Part shown: positions 1 through 8,433 of the stretch, in pieces
How the letters are laid out: the number at the start of each line of letters is the position of its first letter
Position numbering within the stretch: the stretch's first letter is position 1
Source: Syntrophomonadaceae bacterium
Lineage (GTDB): Bacteria; Bacillota; Syntrophomonadia; Syntrophomonadales; Syntrophomonadaceae
Assembly (NCBI GenBank): GCA_050949865.1
Contig: JBMNGN010000005.1
Location: 89,647-153,646 of the forward strand
DNA length: 64,000 nt
Reading direction: 5' to 3'
Translations under genes and position numbers: made by a program
Notes under the pieces: model-generated
What the model was told of the DNA's origin: nothing
Database searches by the model: none
What the model saw: the letters and a program-made list of their open reading frames with translations, nothing else

Positions 1-98
1 CCACACTTGGGACACTTTACATCATTTTTTTTAGAATTGGATATTATAAGATCAAAACGATTGGCACAATCCTGGCAAACAAAATCAAATATGGGCAC
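1..98 (-). CDS. FmdB-family zinc-ribbon protein, N-terminal fragment (continues past window start)
   Basis: Too short for the ORF track. GTG at 98 follows an AGAGGTGA SD. Reverse-strand translation MPIFDFVCQDCANRFDLIISNSKKNDVKCPKCG shows the CxxC...CPxCG pattern and the MPI(Y/F)-x-(Y/F)-xC start typical of this family. Confidence 0.5.
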   Translation of the reverse strand, partial: MPIFDFVCQDCANRFDLIISNSKKNDVKCPKC

Positions 99-115
99 AT
101 AATCACCTCTCGCCA

Positions 116-2101
116 TTAATCCTCTTGATTATCCAAATACTCCTGAATCTCCTGAGTTTCTGCCTCGGTTTCAGCTTCTTTGATTGACAATCCGATTCTC
201 TTATCCTCATGGGAAATGCTCAAAATTTTCACCTTTACTGTCTGGCCTATGGTTACCACGTCTTCTGGTTTCTCAACCCGGCGATTGGCCAATTGGGAAA
301 TGTGAACCAGTCCATCAACTCCCGGCTCTATTTCAATAAAAGCTCCAAAGGAAGCAATTCTTGCGACTTTTCCCTCTATTATATCGCCCTCCCGGTATTT
401 TTCCAGGACGATTTCCCAGGGACTCTTTAACAGCTTTTTACGGCTCAAAGAAACCCTTTCCTTTTCTGGATCCAAGCCAATTATGCACACATCTATAACA
501 TCGCCCTCTTGCAGTACATCAGAAGGGTGTTCTATCCTCTTGTGGTCTATTTCCGATACATGTAACAGCCCTTCGTATCCACCCAGGTCTATAAAGGCTC
601 CATAGTCAACTATTCTCTTTACCGTACCGGCCTTTATCTGACCTATTTCTGCACTTTCCCAAAAAGCTTCTTTCATTTTTTGTTTTTCTTCAGCAATTAT
701 TTCCTTCCGGGACAATACAACCTGGGAACCCCGGCGCTTGTTCCGGTTAAATTCAATAATCTTAAACTTGAAGCTCTTATTTACATATTGTTCCAAATCT
801 TTTACATACCCATATTCAACATGGGATGCCGGTAAAAATGCCACTATCCCTACATCAACTAACAGACCGCCTTTAATGGTACTGGTAATAGTGCCTTCAA
901 TTACCTCACCGTTCTTAAAACACTCTTCCAATCTATCCAAAACCTTAATAGTGTCTACTTTCTTCTTGGAGAGTAGAATTGTTCCATCATCATCCCATTT
1001 TAATACTAAAACCTCGATTTCATCTCCAACTTTAACTAGATCCCGTGCTGAATCAACCTCCTTCAGGGATATCTCCCTAAGCGGTATTATGCCTTCAGAT
1101 TTACCGCCAACATCAACCATTACTTCATCATCCTGCACTTGAATAACAGTACCCTTTATAATATCGCCCCGGGCGGGCGTAGAAAAGTCTGCCATTTCAG
1201 CCTCCATTTTAGCGAAGGACTCTTCATTTACTACCGGGTTCTGTTCCTCCTGATTAATGTTTTCCTCGAACTCTGCCATCTTATCCAATACCTCCTTAAT
1301 AATCCAGTCCGGGGTTGAAGCTCCTGCCGTTACTCCAGCCATTTTTACTCCAGTTAGCCATTCGCGCTTAATATCTGAAGCCTTCTGTATTTGGTATGTG
1401 TTTACCCCGGTATTTAAACACTCCTTGAAAAGAGTGCTGGTATTCGAACTCATATTATCGCCAATTACCAGCATCAGGTCAACCTCCTGGCAAACCCTGC
1501 GCGCTGCTAGCTGGCGGTTAATGGTAGCTGGACAAATCGTATTAAATACCCTTGTCTCGTTAGCTTTTTTGAGCAATACTGAAACAACTGTCAAGTATTC
1601 CTCAATATTTTTGGTGGTTTGAGAAACAATGCCCACCTTTCTTAAGGGCCTTACAGCCTGAGCCGCTAGCTCATCCTTTAGAACAAAACCCTGGTTATTG
1701 CTCCATCCCAAAATTCCCTGTACCTCTGGATGAGTCTCATCCCCAAAAATTACTATATCATAACCTTCTGCTTTTAGCCTATCAACTATTTTATGAATCC
1801 TGGCCACCAAGGTACAAGTTGCATCTATAACCTTAAGCCCTTTCTGGTGTAATTCCCGGAGCACTAATGGTGATATCCCATGGGCCCTTATAATCACCCC
1901 ATCTACATCCGGACCGATTTCATCTATGTTACTAACTGGGTAAATACCCTTTTCCTTAAAGTAATTGACTACTTCCTCATTATGGACTAACGGTCCTAAT
2001 GTGACCCATTTTTCACCTCTAGTTGCGGTCTCTTCAGCGGCTTTTATCGCGTTTCTAACTCCGGCACAAAAACCGGCACTATCCGCAACCTTGACCTGCA
2101 A
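116..2101 (-). CDS. ispH: 4-hydroxy-3-methylbut-2-enyl diphosphate reductase (IspH) fused to four S1 RNA-binding domains
   Basis: 661 aa with a TTG start. The N-terminal part carries the IspH Cys-ligand contexts GFCAGV, DATCTLV and NTICPAT. The C-terminal part has four S1 repeats (GDIIKGTV, GEVIEGTI, GQIKAGTV, GDIIEGKV). Confidence 0.9.
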   Translation of the reverse strand: MQVKVADSAGFCAGVRNAIKAAEETATRGEKWVTLGPLVHNEEVVNYFKEKGIYPVSNIDEIGPDVDGVIIRAHGISPLVLRELHQKGLKVIDATCTLVARIHKIVDRLKAEGYDIVIFGDETHPEVQGILGWSNNQGFVLKDELAAQAVRPLRKVGIVSQTTKNIEEYLTVVSVLLKKANETRVFNTICPATINRQLAARRVCQEVDLMLVIGDNMSSNTSTLFKECLNTGVNTYQIQKASDIKREWLTGVKMAGVTAGASTPDWIIKEVLDKMAEFEENINQEEQNPVVNEESFAKMEAEMADFSTPARGDIIKGTVIQVQDDEVMVDVGGKSEGIIPLREISLKEVDSARDLVKVGDEIEVLVLKWDDDGTILLSKKKVDTIKVLDRLEECFKNGEVIEGTITSTIKGGLLVDVGIVAFLPASHVEYGYVKDLEQYVNKSFKFKIIEFNRNKRRGSQVVLSRKEIIAEEKQKMKEAFWESAEIGQIKAGTVKRIVDYGAFIDLGGYEGLLHVSEIDHKRIEHPSDVLQEGDVIDVCIIGLDPEKERVSLSRKKLLKSPWEIVLEKYREGDIIEGKVARIASFGAFIEIEPGVDGLVHISQLANRRVEKPEDVVTIGQTVKVKILSISHEDKRIGLSIKEAETEAETQEIQEYLDNQED

Positions 2102-2159
2102 TTAAATCCACCTCTAAACAATGTATACTCTCATATTCCAATATAAATCCTTCTTCATT

Positions 2160-2747
2160 TTAATTGAATAGATTATTAATTTCCATCATTATTCTATTAC
2201 TTATTGCTTCAATATTATCATTATTATATTTTATCCCTCCCTGGGTGTAGTATAATGGCTTCCCGATTTTCACCTTAAATGGTTTAAACCACCCGCAGGG
2301 AATAGCAGTTCTGGTTCCAATACAGGCAATTGGTATTACTGCGGCCCCGGTTTTGATTGAAAACATAGCTACCCCATGGTGCGGTTTAGATTCCTCCCCC
2401 AGTTTATTCCTGGAACCCTCCGGGAATATTCCCAAGACATTTCCACCCTCCAGTATTTTTAGAGCAGTTCTGAACGCAGTTTTGTCGGCACTCCCACGCT
2501 TTACAGGAAATGCGTTGAGCTTTAACAATAACTTGCCCAAAATTTTGTTTTTAAATAACTCAGATTTTGCAATAAAGTGAACCGGGCGGTCTATCGCAAT
2601 CCCAACGACAATCGGATCCCAAATGCTTACATGGTTGGCGGCAACAATAACCGGTCCAGTTGGCGGTATATTATTTATTCCCTCTATCTTTAAACCCAAA
2701 AACAAAAGTATTACCCGCAAAATAGCCCTTATACATGAATACAGCAT
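2160..2747 (-). CDS. plsC: 1-acyl-sn-glycerol-3-phosphate acyltransferase
   Basis: 195 aa with the HX4D motif (NHVSIWD) and the FPEGSR motif of lysophospholipid acyltransferases. Confidence 0.85.
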   Translation of the reverse strand: MLYSCIRAILRVILLFLGLKIEGINNIPPTGPVIVAANHVSIWDPIVVGIAIDRPVHFIAKSELFKNKILGKLLLKLNAFPVKRGSADKTAFRTALKILEGGNVLGIFPEGSRNKLGEESKPHHGVAMFSIKTGAAVIPIACIGTRTAIPCGWFKPFKVKIGKPLYYTQGGIKYNNDNIEAISNRIMMEINNLFN

Positions 2748-2748
2748 A

Positions 2749-3405
2749 CTAGTTCTCCCTAATTATGCCCAATATGATGTCAATCACTTGTTCCAGGGAT
2801 TTATCACTGGTATCAATTACGATAGAATCGTTAAGCACTTTTAACGCACCCATATTTCTCGAAGAATCATTGGCATCACGCTGGACCAGGTCTTCGATAC
2901 ACTGGTTAATATCAGTTTCATAACCCAGTTCAGTAAGATCCTTTAATCTTCGTCTAGCTCTTTCCTCTAGACTAGCAGTAATAAAAAACTTGTATTCAGC
3001 GTCAGGCAAGACACATTCCCCAATATCTCTTCCATCCATAATCACGGATAAATTGCTGGCCATTGCCTGCTGGCGTTCAACCATAACTTCCCTAACCGGT
3101 TCAACTGAAGCAATGATTGATACCCAGGCGCTTACCAGGGGCGAACGAATATCAAGGGTAATATCCTGACCGTCACAGATTACCCTCTGCCCGGCTGAAT
3201 CAAACCTGAATTGAATATCGGTATTTGTGGCGAGTCTATGAAGTGCTTCAAGATCATGTATGTCAATACCATGTTTAAGAGCTTTCCAGGTTAAAGCCCT
3301 GTACATGGCGCCTGTGTCAATATAAATAAAACCCAACTCTTTAGCTAGTCTTCTGGCAATTGTGCTTTTACCTGCTCCGGCTGGTCCATCTATCGCAATC
3401 TTCAT
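2749..3405 (-). CDS. cmk: cytidylate kinase
   Basis: 218 aa. P-loop IAIDGPAGAGKST and IYIDTGAMYRA match Cmk. The gene sits next to the S1-domain gene, as in Firmicutes. Confidence 0.93.
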   Translation of the reverse strand: MKIAIDGPAGAGKSTIARRLAKELGFIYIDTGAMYRALTWKALKHGIDIHDLEALHRLATNTDIQFRFDSAGQRVICDGQDITLDIRSPLVSAWVSIIASVEPVREVMVERQQAMASNLSVIMDGRDIGECVLPDAEYKFFITASLEERARRRLKDLTELGYETDINQCIEDLVQRDANDSSRNMGALKVLNDSIVIDTSDKSLEQVIDIILGIIREN

Positions 3406-3505
3406 CTTTTAACCACCTAGAAATCTTCTTATACAGTTTATCATACCTCCAAGGCTTGTAAAACAAGATTGTTAAATATCTTATTCCTTTACCAAGCTGA
3501 TTCAA

Positions 3506-4792
3506 TCATGCAGTTAAATCTGCTAAAATCCGCCAGAAGTCCGGAAAGGAGATGTTTACTGCCTGGCAACCGTCAATCAGGGTTTCTCCTTGGGCAAACA
3601 AACCAGCGACGGCTAAGCTCATGGCTATTCGATGGTCTCCCCAGCTTTGAACCCGGCTGCCTTTCATCCATTCCCGGCTGGATTTAATGGTAAAACCATC
3701 CTCAAATTCAGTAACGGATACCCCAAGCTTGGAGAGCTCCGAGCAGATAGCGGCAATGCGATCTGTTTCTTTAACCCTCAATTCCCCGGCCCCCCGCACG
3801 GTTGATTCTCCATCAGCCACAGCCATGGCTACCGCCATAATCGGCAATTCATCAATTATTCTCGGCACATATTCTCGATTTATATCGATCCCCTGCAACT
3901 GGGTACTTGAAACAATCAGATTGGCTACCGGTTCCCCGCCAATCATTCGCTGGTCTTCGACAGTTATCCGAGCCCCCATGTTCCTTAAAACCTCTATTAT
4001 TCCATCCCGGGTAGGATTGATACCAACATCCTTAATTAACAGCTCTGATCCCGGGATTATGGAGGCGGCTACCAGGAAAAAAGCGGCCGATGAGATATCC
4101 CCTGGAACTAAAAACTCCTGGGGGTTTAAGGCACAACCCGGAGTAAGGATTAATGACGAATTTTGCATCCGAAGGTCGGCTCCCATAGCTTTAAGCATTC
4201 TTTCGGTATGATCCCTGGATTTCAGTGACTCGGTTATAACCGTAGGGGTTTTAGCATTAAGACCAGCCAGTAATAGAGCTGATTTAACCTGGGCGCTGGC
4301 TACAGGCATATGATAATGGATTCCTTTTAACTGGCAACCTTTTATGTATAATGGCGGGTAATCACCGCCATTGCTGCCACTTATCTCTGCTCCCATGGTT
4401 TTTAGAGGGTCAATAATCCTCTTCATTGGCCTTTTGCTTAAAGAATCATCCCCGGCCAGAACTGTTGCAAAAGGCTGGGAAGATAGGAGCCCGGCCAGCA
4501 GGCGCATAGTTGTTCCAGAATTTCCGCAGTACAGGACCCTGGTAGGCTCATTAAACCCGTTAAGCCCCCGTCCGGTCACCGACAGGCTTTGGCCTTTTCT
4601 GCTCACTGTTATCCCCAACTGTTCTAAACACCTGCAAGTGCTGGCGGTATCCTCAGCGGGCAGGAAGTTTTGGATAAGGCTCTCGCCGGTGGCCAAGGCG
4701 GAAAGGATAGCCGCCCTATGGGAAATGGATTTATCTGGGGCAACGGTAATTTCACCCCTTAAAGGTTTTGATTGTTTTATGGTTATACTCAT
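3506..4792 (-). CDS. aroA: 3-phosphoshikimate 1-carboxyvinyltransferase (EPSP synthase)
   Basis: 428 aa. Motifs APDKSISHRA, CGNSGTTMRLL (class II-like) and RVKETDRI are present. Confidence 0.95.
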   Translation of the reverse strand: MSITIKQSKPLRGEITVAPDKSISHRAAILSALATGESLIQNFLPAEDTASTCRCLEQLGITVSRKGQSLSVTGRGLNGFNEPTRVLYCGNSGTTMRLLAGLLSSQPFATVLAGDDSLSKRPMKRIIDPLKTMGAEISGSNGGDYPPLYIKGCQLKGIHYHMPVASAQVKSALLLAGLNAKTPTVITESLKSRDHTERMLKAMGADLRMQNSSLILTPGCALNPQEFLVPGDISSAAFFLVAASIIPGSELLIKDVGINPTRDGIIEVLRNMGARITVEDQRMIGGEPVANLIVSSTQLQGIDINREYVPRIIDELPIMAVAMAVADGESTVRGAGELRVKETDRIAAICSELSKLGVSVTEFEDGFTIKSSREWMKGSRVQSWGDHRIAMSLAVAGLFAQGETLIDGCQAVNISFPDFWRILADLTA

Positions 4793-4801
4793 CTTTTCCC
4801 C

Positions 4802-5881
4802 CTATTTGATCCATGCTTTTATCGAATGAGCTGCAAGAGCACTTACTGCCTTTTGGGCATCTTCCCGGTCAGGTACTCCCAGCCTTATAGTACCCCCATC
4901 TCCCTCCCGCACCCTGAGTATTTCAATATCCACAATATTAATAAATTCATTACCCAAGATCTGGCCCAAATCCCCTATAATTCCCGGTTTGTCCGGTACA
5001 ATACAGATTATTTCCGAGAAGGTTGGTATTAAACCTTTGTGGGTATAGGGAATACGATCACGGATCCCTTTAGCATTATACAATTTCTGTTGCAGTAGAT
5101 TTCTATCACCGTTTTCCATAGCGGTTTTTAAGGTTGTTAACTCCTGTATCAGTTTTTCCAGGTCGCTGATCAACGGACCCCGGTTGGACAATAGAATATC
5201 AACCCATAAATCCGGGCTGGAAGAAGCTATTCTGGTAGTATCCCGGAATCCTCCAGCAGCCATCATCAGCTTGTCTATATCCCCCTGGGTAAGATTAACT
5301 AAAGCAGCTGCGGTTAAATGAGGAATATGACTCATGGTGGATACCAGGCGATCATGTACTGCCGGCTCCATAATAGTTATTCTGGCTCCGGTGGCTTTTA
5401 ACAAAATTGTAAATTCATTTAAAACCGGGGCCGGGATATTTTTAGCCGGGGTTAAAACATATACGGCATTCTCAAAAAGGTACCTGTCTGCACCGGTAAT
5501 GCCAGCCGTCTCCGCACCAGCTATTGGATGCCCGCCAATACAAAACACGTTAGCGGGCAGGCAAGAAAACAACTGCATTACCTCCGCTTTAGTGCTTCCT
5601 ACATCGCTAATTATGGTACCGGGCTTTATTAGTTGTTTGGCTGCCTTTATTATCTCCGGAAAACTCCCCAAGGGCGTGCATATAATAATTAAATCCGCTT
5701 CCTTTATCCCGGATTCAAATGAGCAGGGGTAATCTATGGCTCCTATTCTTCGCGCCTTTTCCATTGAAGAGGCATCCTGGTCAAAACCCATTATATGTTT
5801 TACCGCTGGTGAATCTCTAAGGGCCAATCCCAGTGAACCACCTATCAAACCTAACCCCACGATTAATACCTTAAAAGCCAT
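4802..5881 (-). CDS. tyrA: prephenate dehydrogenase with C-terminal ACT domain
   Basis: 359 aa. Rossmann motif VGLGLIGGS at the N-terminus and an ACT-like C-terminus (IVPDKPGIIGDLGQILG). Confidence 0.9.
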   Translation of the reverse strand: MAFKVLIVGLGLIGGSLGLALRDSPAVKHIMGFDQDASSMEKARRIGAIDYPCSFESGIKEADLIIICTPLGSFPEIIKAAKQLIKPGTIISDVGSTKAEVMQLFSCLPANVFCIGGHPIAGAETAGITGADRYLFENAVYVLTPAKNIPAPVLNEFTILLKATGARITIMEPAVHDRLVSTMSHIPHLTAAALVNLTQGDIDKLMMAAGGFRDTTRIASSSPDLWVDILLSNRGPLISDLEKLIQELTTLKTAMENGDRNLLQQKLYNAKGIRDRIPYTHKGLIPTFSEIICIVPDKPGIIGDLGQILGNEFINIVDIEILRVREGDGGTIRLGVPDREDAQKAVSALAAHSIKAWIK

Positions 5882-5894
5882 AATAAATAATCTC

Positions 5895-6902
5895 CTATTC
5901 TTTCAAGAGCTCTGCTATTTTGTGGATCTTAATCACCATTTGTTTAAAGTTCTCTGGAGTGAGGGATTGGGGACCATCAGATAACGCTTCGCTGGGGTTT
6001 TGATGCACTTCAACCATCAGGCCATCACACCCGGCACCAACTGCAGCCAGGGCCATGGGTTCAACCAGTTTCCATTTCCCGGTTCCATGACTGGGATCAA
6101 CGATTATGGGAAGATGGGTAAGCTGTTTGATTAGGGGAACTGAACTTAAATCCAGGGTATTCCTGGTATACTTTTCAAAGGTTCTTATTCCCCGTTCACA
6201 CATAATAACCTGATTATTGCCGCTGGAAATGATGTATTCAGCAGCCATTATCCATTCCTCGATAGTTGCAGACGGCCCGCGTTTCAAAAGTATCGGTTTC
6301 CGAACTTTACCTAATTCCCGCAGAAGAAAAAAATTCTGCATATTCCTTGCCCCCACCTGCAAAACATCAGCATGCCGGGCAACCTTTCCGATCATTCTGG
6401 GATCCATTACCTCAGTAACCACCGGCAATCCGGTCAACTCCCTGGCCTCAGACAATATTTTCAGGCCTTCTTCCTCAAGACCCTGAAATGAATAAGGAGA
6501 AGTCCGGGGCTTAAAGGCCCCTCCTCTTAACATGGTGGCTCCAGCTTCTTTAACCAGTTGAGCTATCTGCAAAAACCCTTCCCGGCTTTCTACTGCACAG
6601 GGACCGGCAATTATTTGGATCTGACTGCCCCCTACTATATTGCTGCCCACCCTGATCCTGGTTGGCTCCTGACTGAATTCACGAGAAGTCAGTTTATATG
6701 GTTTAAGCACCGGAACCACTTTTTCCACCCCGGGAACCGTCTCAAACAATTCAATAATAGCATCAGTTCGTTCCCCGATGGCCCCCAGTATGGTTCTTTC
6801 TACCCCCCGGGATAAATGGACTTTAAAACCCTTTTCCTCAAGTTTAAGGCAAACCGATTTAACCTGCTCCTCAGTAGCCTTATTCTCCATAATAATAATC
6901 AT
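5895..6902 (-). CDS. aroF: 3-deoxy-7-phosphoheptulonate (DAHP) synthase, type I-beta, with N-terminal ferredoxin-like regulatory domain
   Basis: 335 aa. A ~70-aa N-terminal extension precedes KPYKLTSRE, as in the Thermotoga-type enzyme. Catalytic motifs GPCAVE, VDPSHGTG, VEVH and LSDGPQS are present. SD AGGAGGG lies 9 nt before the ATG. Confidence 0.9.
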   Translation of the reverse strand: MIIIMENKATEEQVKSVCLKLEEKGFKVHLSRGVERTILGAIGERTDAIIELFETVPGVEKVVPVLKPYKLTSREFSQEPTRIRVGSNIVGGSQIQIIAGPCAVESREGFLQIAQLVKEAGATMLRGGAFKPRTSPYSFQGLEEEGLKILSEARELTGLPVVTEVMDPRMIGKVARHADVLQVGARNMQNFFLLRELGKVRKPILLKRGPSATIEEWIMAAEYIISSGNNQVIMCERGIRTFEKYTRNTLDLSSVPLIKQLTHLPIIVDPSHGTGKWKLVEPMALAAVGAGCDGLMVEVHQNPSEALSDGPQSLTPENFKQMVIKIHKIAELLKE

Positions 6903-7003
6903 TTAATAATACCCTCCTTTTCTTTGGTGGCGAGAAAACAAAAAGCCATCAGTATAACCACTAATGGCTGACAAAACCTTCGTATATCCCACCATCCTGC
7001 CAT
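6899..7003 (-). CDS. candidate leader uORF (34 aa, MAGWWDIRRF...) in the aroF leader
   Basis: ATG at 7003 follows AAGGTG. Codons 4-5 are tandem TGG. The ORF reads through the terminator hairpin, and its TGA overlaps the aroF ATG (ATGA). A 7-codon mini-ORF (7005-7028) ends 1 nt before it. Speculative. Confidence 0.2.
   Translation of the reverse strand: MAGWWDIRRFCQPLVVILMAFCFLATKEKEGIIK
6932..6970 (-). terminator. rho-independent terminator/attenuator ~35 nt upstream of the aroF RBS
   Basis: On the minus strand: AGCCAUUAGU-GGUUAU-ACUGAUGGCU (10-bp stem, 6944-6969) followed by UUUUGUUUUC. Confidence 0.7.
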
Positions 7004-7051
7004 ACTACACCTTGATTAACGTCACCATCTGCTTACCTTCCTGCAATAATT

Positions 7052-7080
7052 AGAATAGCCTATGCCTGAGCAAAAATCAA
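7052..7080 (-). promoter_or_regulatory. possible sigmaA promoter for the aroF leader
   Basis: Minus strand reads TTGATT (7080-7075), 17 nt, TATTCT (7057-7052). This is a weak match found by eye only. Confidence 0.3.
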
Positions 7081-7150
7081 CGCCATCCCAGCAAATACAA
7101 TAACCAAATTCATCCAGGACAAAAATTCCCCGAGTCTAAAAGGATTTATA

Positions 7151-8341
7151 TTATGATTCCTCGGTAGTTGCCTGGTTTAACCTTTTGTTAGCATTAGCAG
7201 TCCTGATAATATAAACCAGCATACAGATTAATGCTGCACTGGAAAATAAGCTTGCCGAATAATAAGCATAGTTTACTCCTCGATCAAGGAGAAAACCACC
7301 CAATAATGGGCCTATTGACCTTCCGAGACTATCATAACCCGCCAGTATGCCCATAGTTTTGCCTTGCTGCATAGCAGTCCTTCTGGACACAGCTACATTA
7401 ATTGATGGCCGTATCAAGCCAATACCTCCTGTAAACAAGGCCATACAGCCCATCACTCCTGCCAAGCTGGTGACTTGCAGGATTAACAAAAATCCAATAG
7501 TTAAAATACTCATCCCTATTCCCGCCGTTCGCTCCTCTCCCAGACGGTTGATTAGCTTACCGGCGATTACCCCCTGGGTAATAAACATCATTAACCCTCC
7601 GGCGCTGAAAGCCCAACCGATATCTCTTGGCCCCAGCCCTAATTTAGCTTCCCCGAAAAGAGCTAAAGTCCCGTTATGTGCTGATTCTGCTATACTGCAA
7701 AGAAGCATAACCACAAAAAAGATGGCAATAGGAGTTTTTAACCCAGCAACCATGGACCCTCTTACCACCCTGGTTTCTTTTTTTCTTTTATCCTCAGCCA
7801 GGGACTCTGGAACCAGCAGCAATACCGCCAACAAGTTACAAAGAGCTAAAAATCCAGCAAACAAAAAGGGAGCCCATATGGATATCTTATACATCAACCC
7901 CCCTATGGCCGGTCCAAAAACCATTCCGATTCCGATGGAGGCCCCAACTAAGCCCATAGTTGAGGCCCTTTTTTCTAAAGAGGTAGTATCAGCCACATAA
8001 GCTAAAGCGGTGGGTATAGTTGCGCACGATAGAGCCCCACCGATTATGCGGGCAATATATAACATCAGCAGGCAATTAGCCCCGGCCAGCATGAACTGGG
8101 TAATAGAAATCCCCGCTAAACCCAGCAGCAATACCGGTTTCCTTCCGATCCGGTCGGAATAACTACCCCAGAAAGGAGCAAAAATAAACTGACAGACCGC
8201 AAAAATAGTCAATAATGCCCCCAGTTGAAAAGCAGTGGCCCCAAATGATGTAGCATAATAAGGAAGTACAGGCATGATTATGCTGAAGCCAACCCCTACC
8301 AGGAAAATCGAAATGAAAACTGTCGCCAGCCCGCGGGTAAT
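7151..8341 (-). CDS. MFS transporter (DHA1-like drug/metabolite:H+ antiporter); start uncertain
   Basis: MFS motif A is present (GSYSDRIGRKPVLLLG), with about 12 hydrophobic segments. The track ORF starts at ATG 8275, inside ...IIMPVLPYY, so it lacks TM1. The frame stays open up to 8407 with no ATG, GTG or TTG. ATT at 8341 follows GGGGAGGAAGGAAGAG and gives MTRGLATVFISIFLVGVGFSII.... Confidence 0.75.
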   Translation of the reverse strand: MTRGLATVFISIFLVGVGFSIIMPVLPYYATSFGATAFQLGALLTIFAVCQFIFAPFWGSYSDRIGRKPVLLLGLAGISITQFMLAGANCLLMLYIARIIGGALSCATIPTALAYVADTTSLEKRASTMGLVGASIGIGMVFGPAIGGLMYKISIWAPFLFAGFLALCNLLAVLLLVPESLAEDKRKKETRVVRGSMVAGLKTPIAIFFVVMLLCSIAESAHNGTLALFGEAKLGLGPRDIGWAFSAGGLMMFITQGVIAGKLINRLGEERTAGIGMSILTIGFLLILQVTSLAGVMGCMALFTGGIGLIRPSINVAVSRRTAMQQGKTMGILAGYDSLGRSIGPLLGGFLLDRGVNYAYYSASLFSSAALICMLVYIIRTANANKRLNQATTEES

Positions 8342-8433
8342 AACTCTTCCTTCCTCCCCTTCAACATCTCCAACAGCTGCTTTCTCAATGAGCGCAACCG
8401 GATAAATTCAAGATATTTCTAAAATAACACCTT

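Noticed and set aside
6903-7050. A full T-box riboswitch in the aroF leader.
   Set aside because: The leader downstream of the candidate promoter is only ~140 nt. The T-box core is matched just by UGGUGG...ACG, and I found no Stem I/specifier features. It is kept only as an alternative within the attenuator finding.
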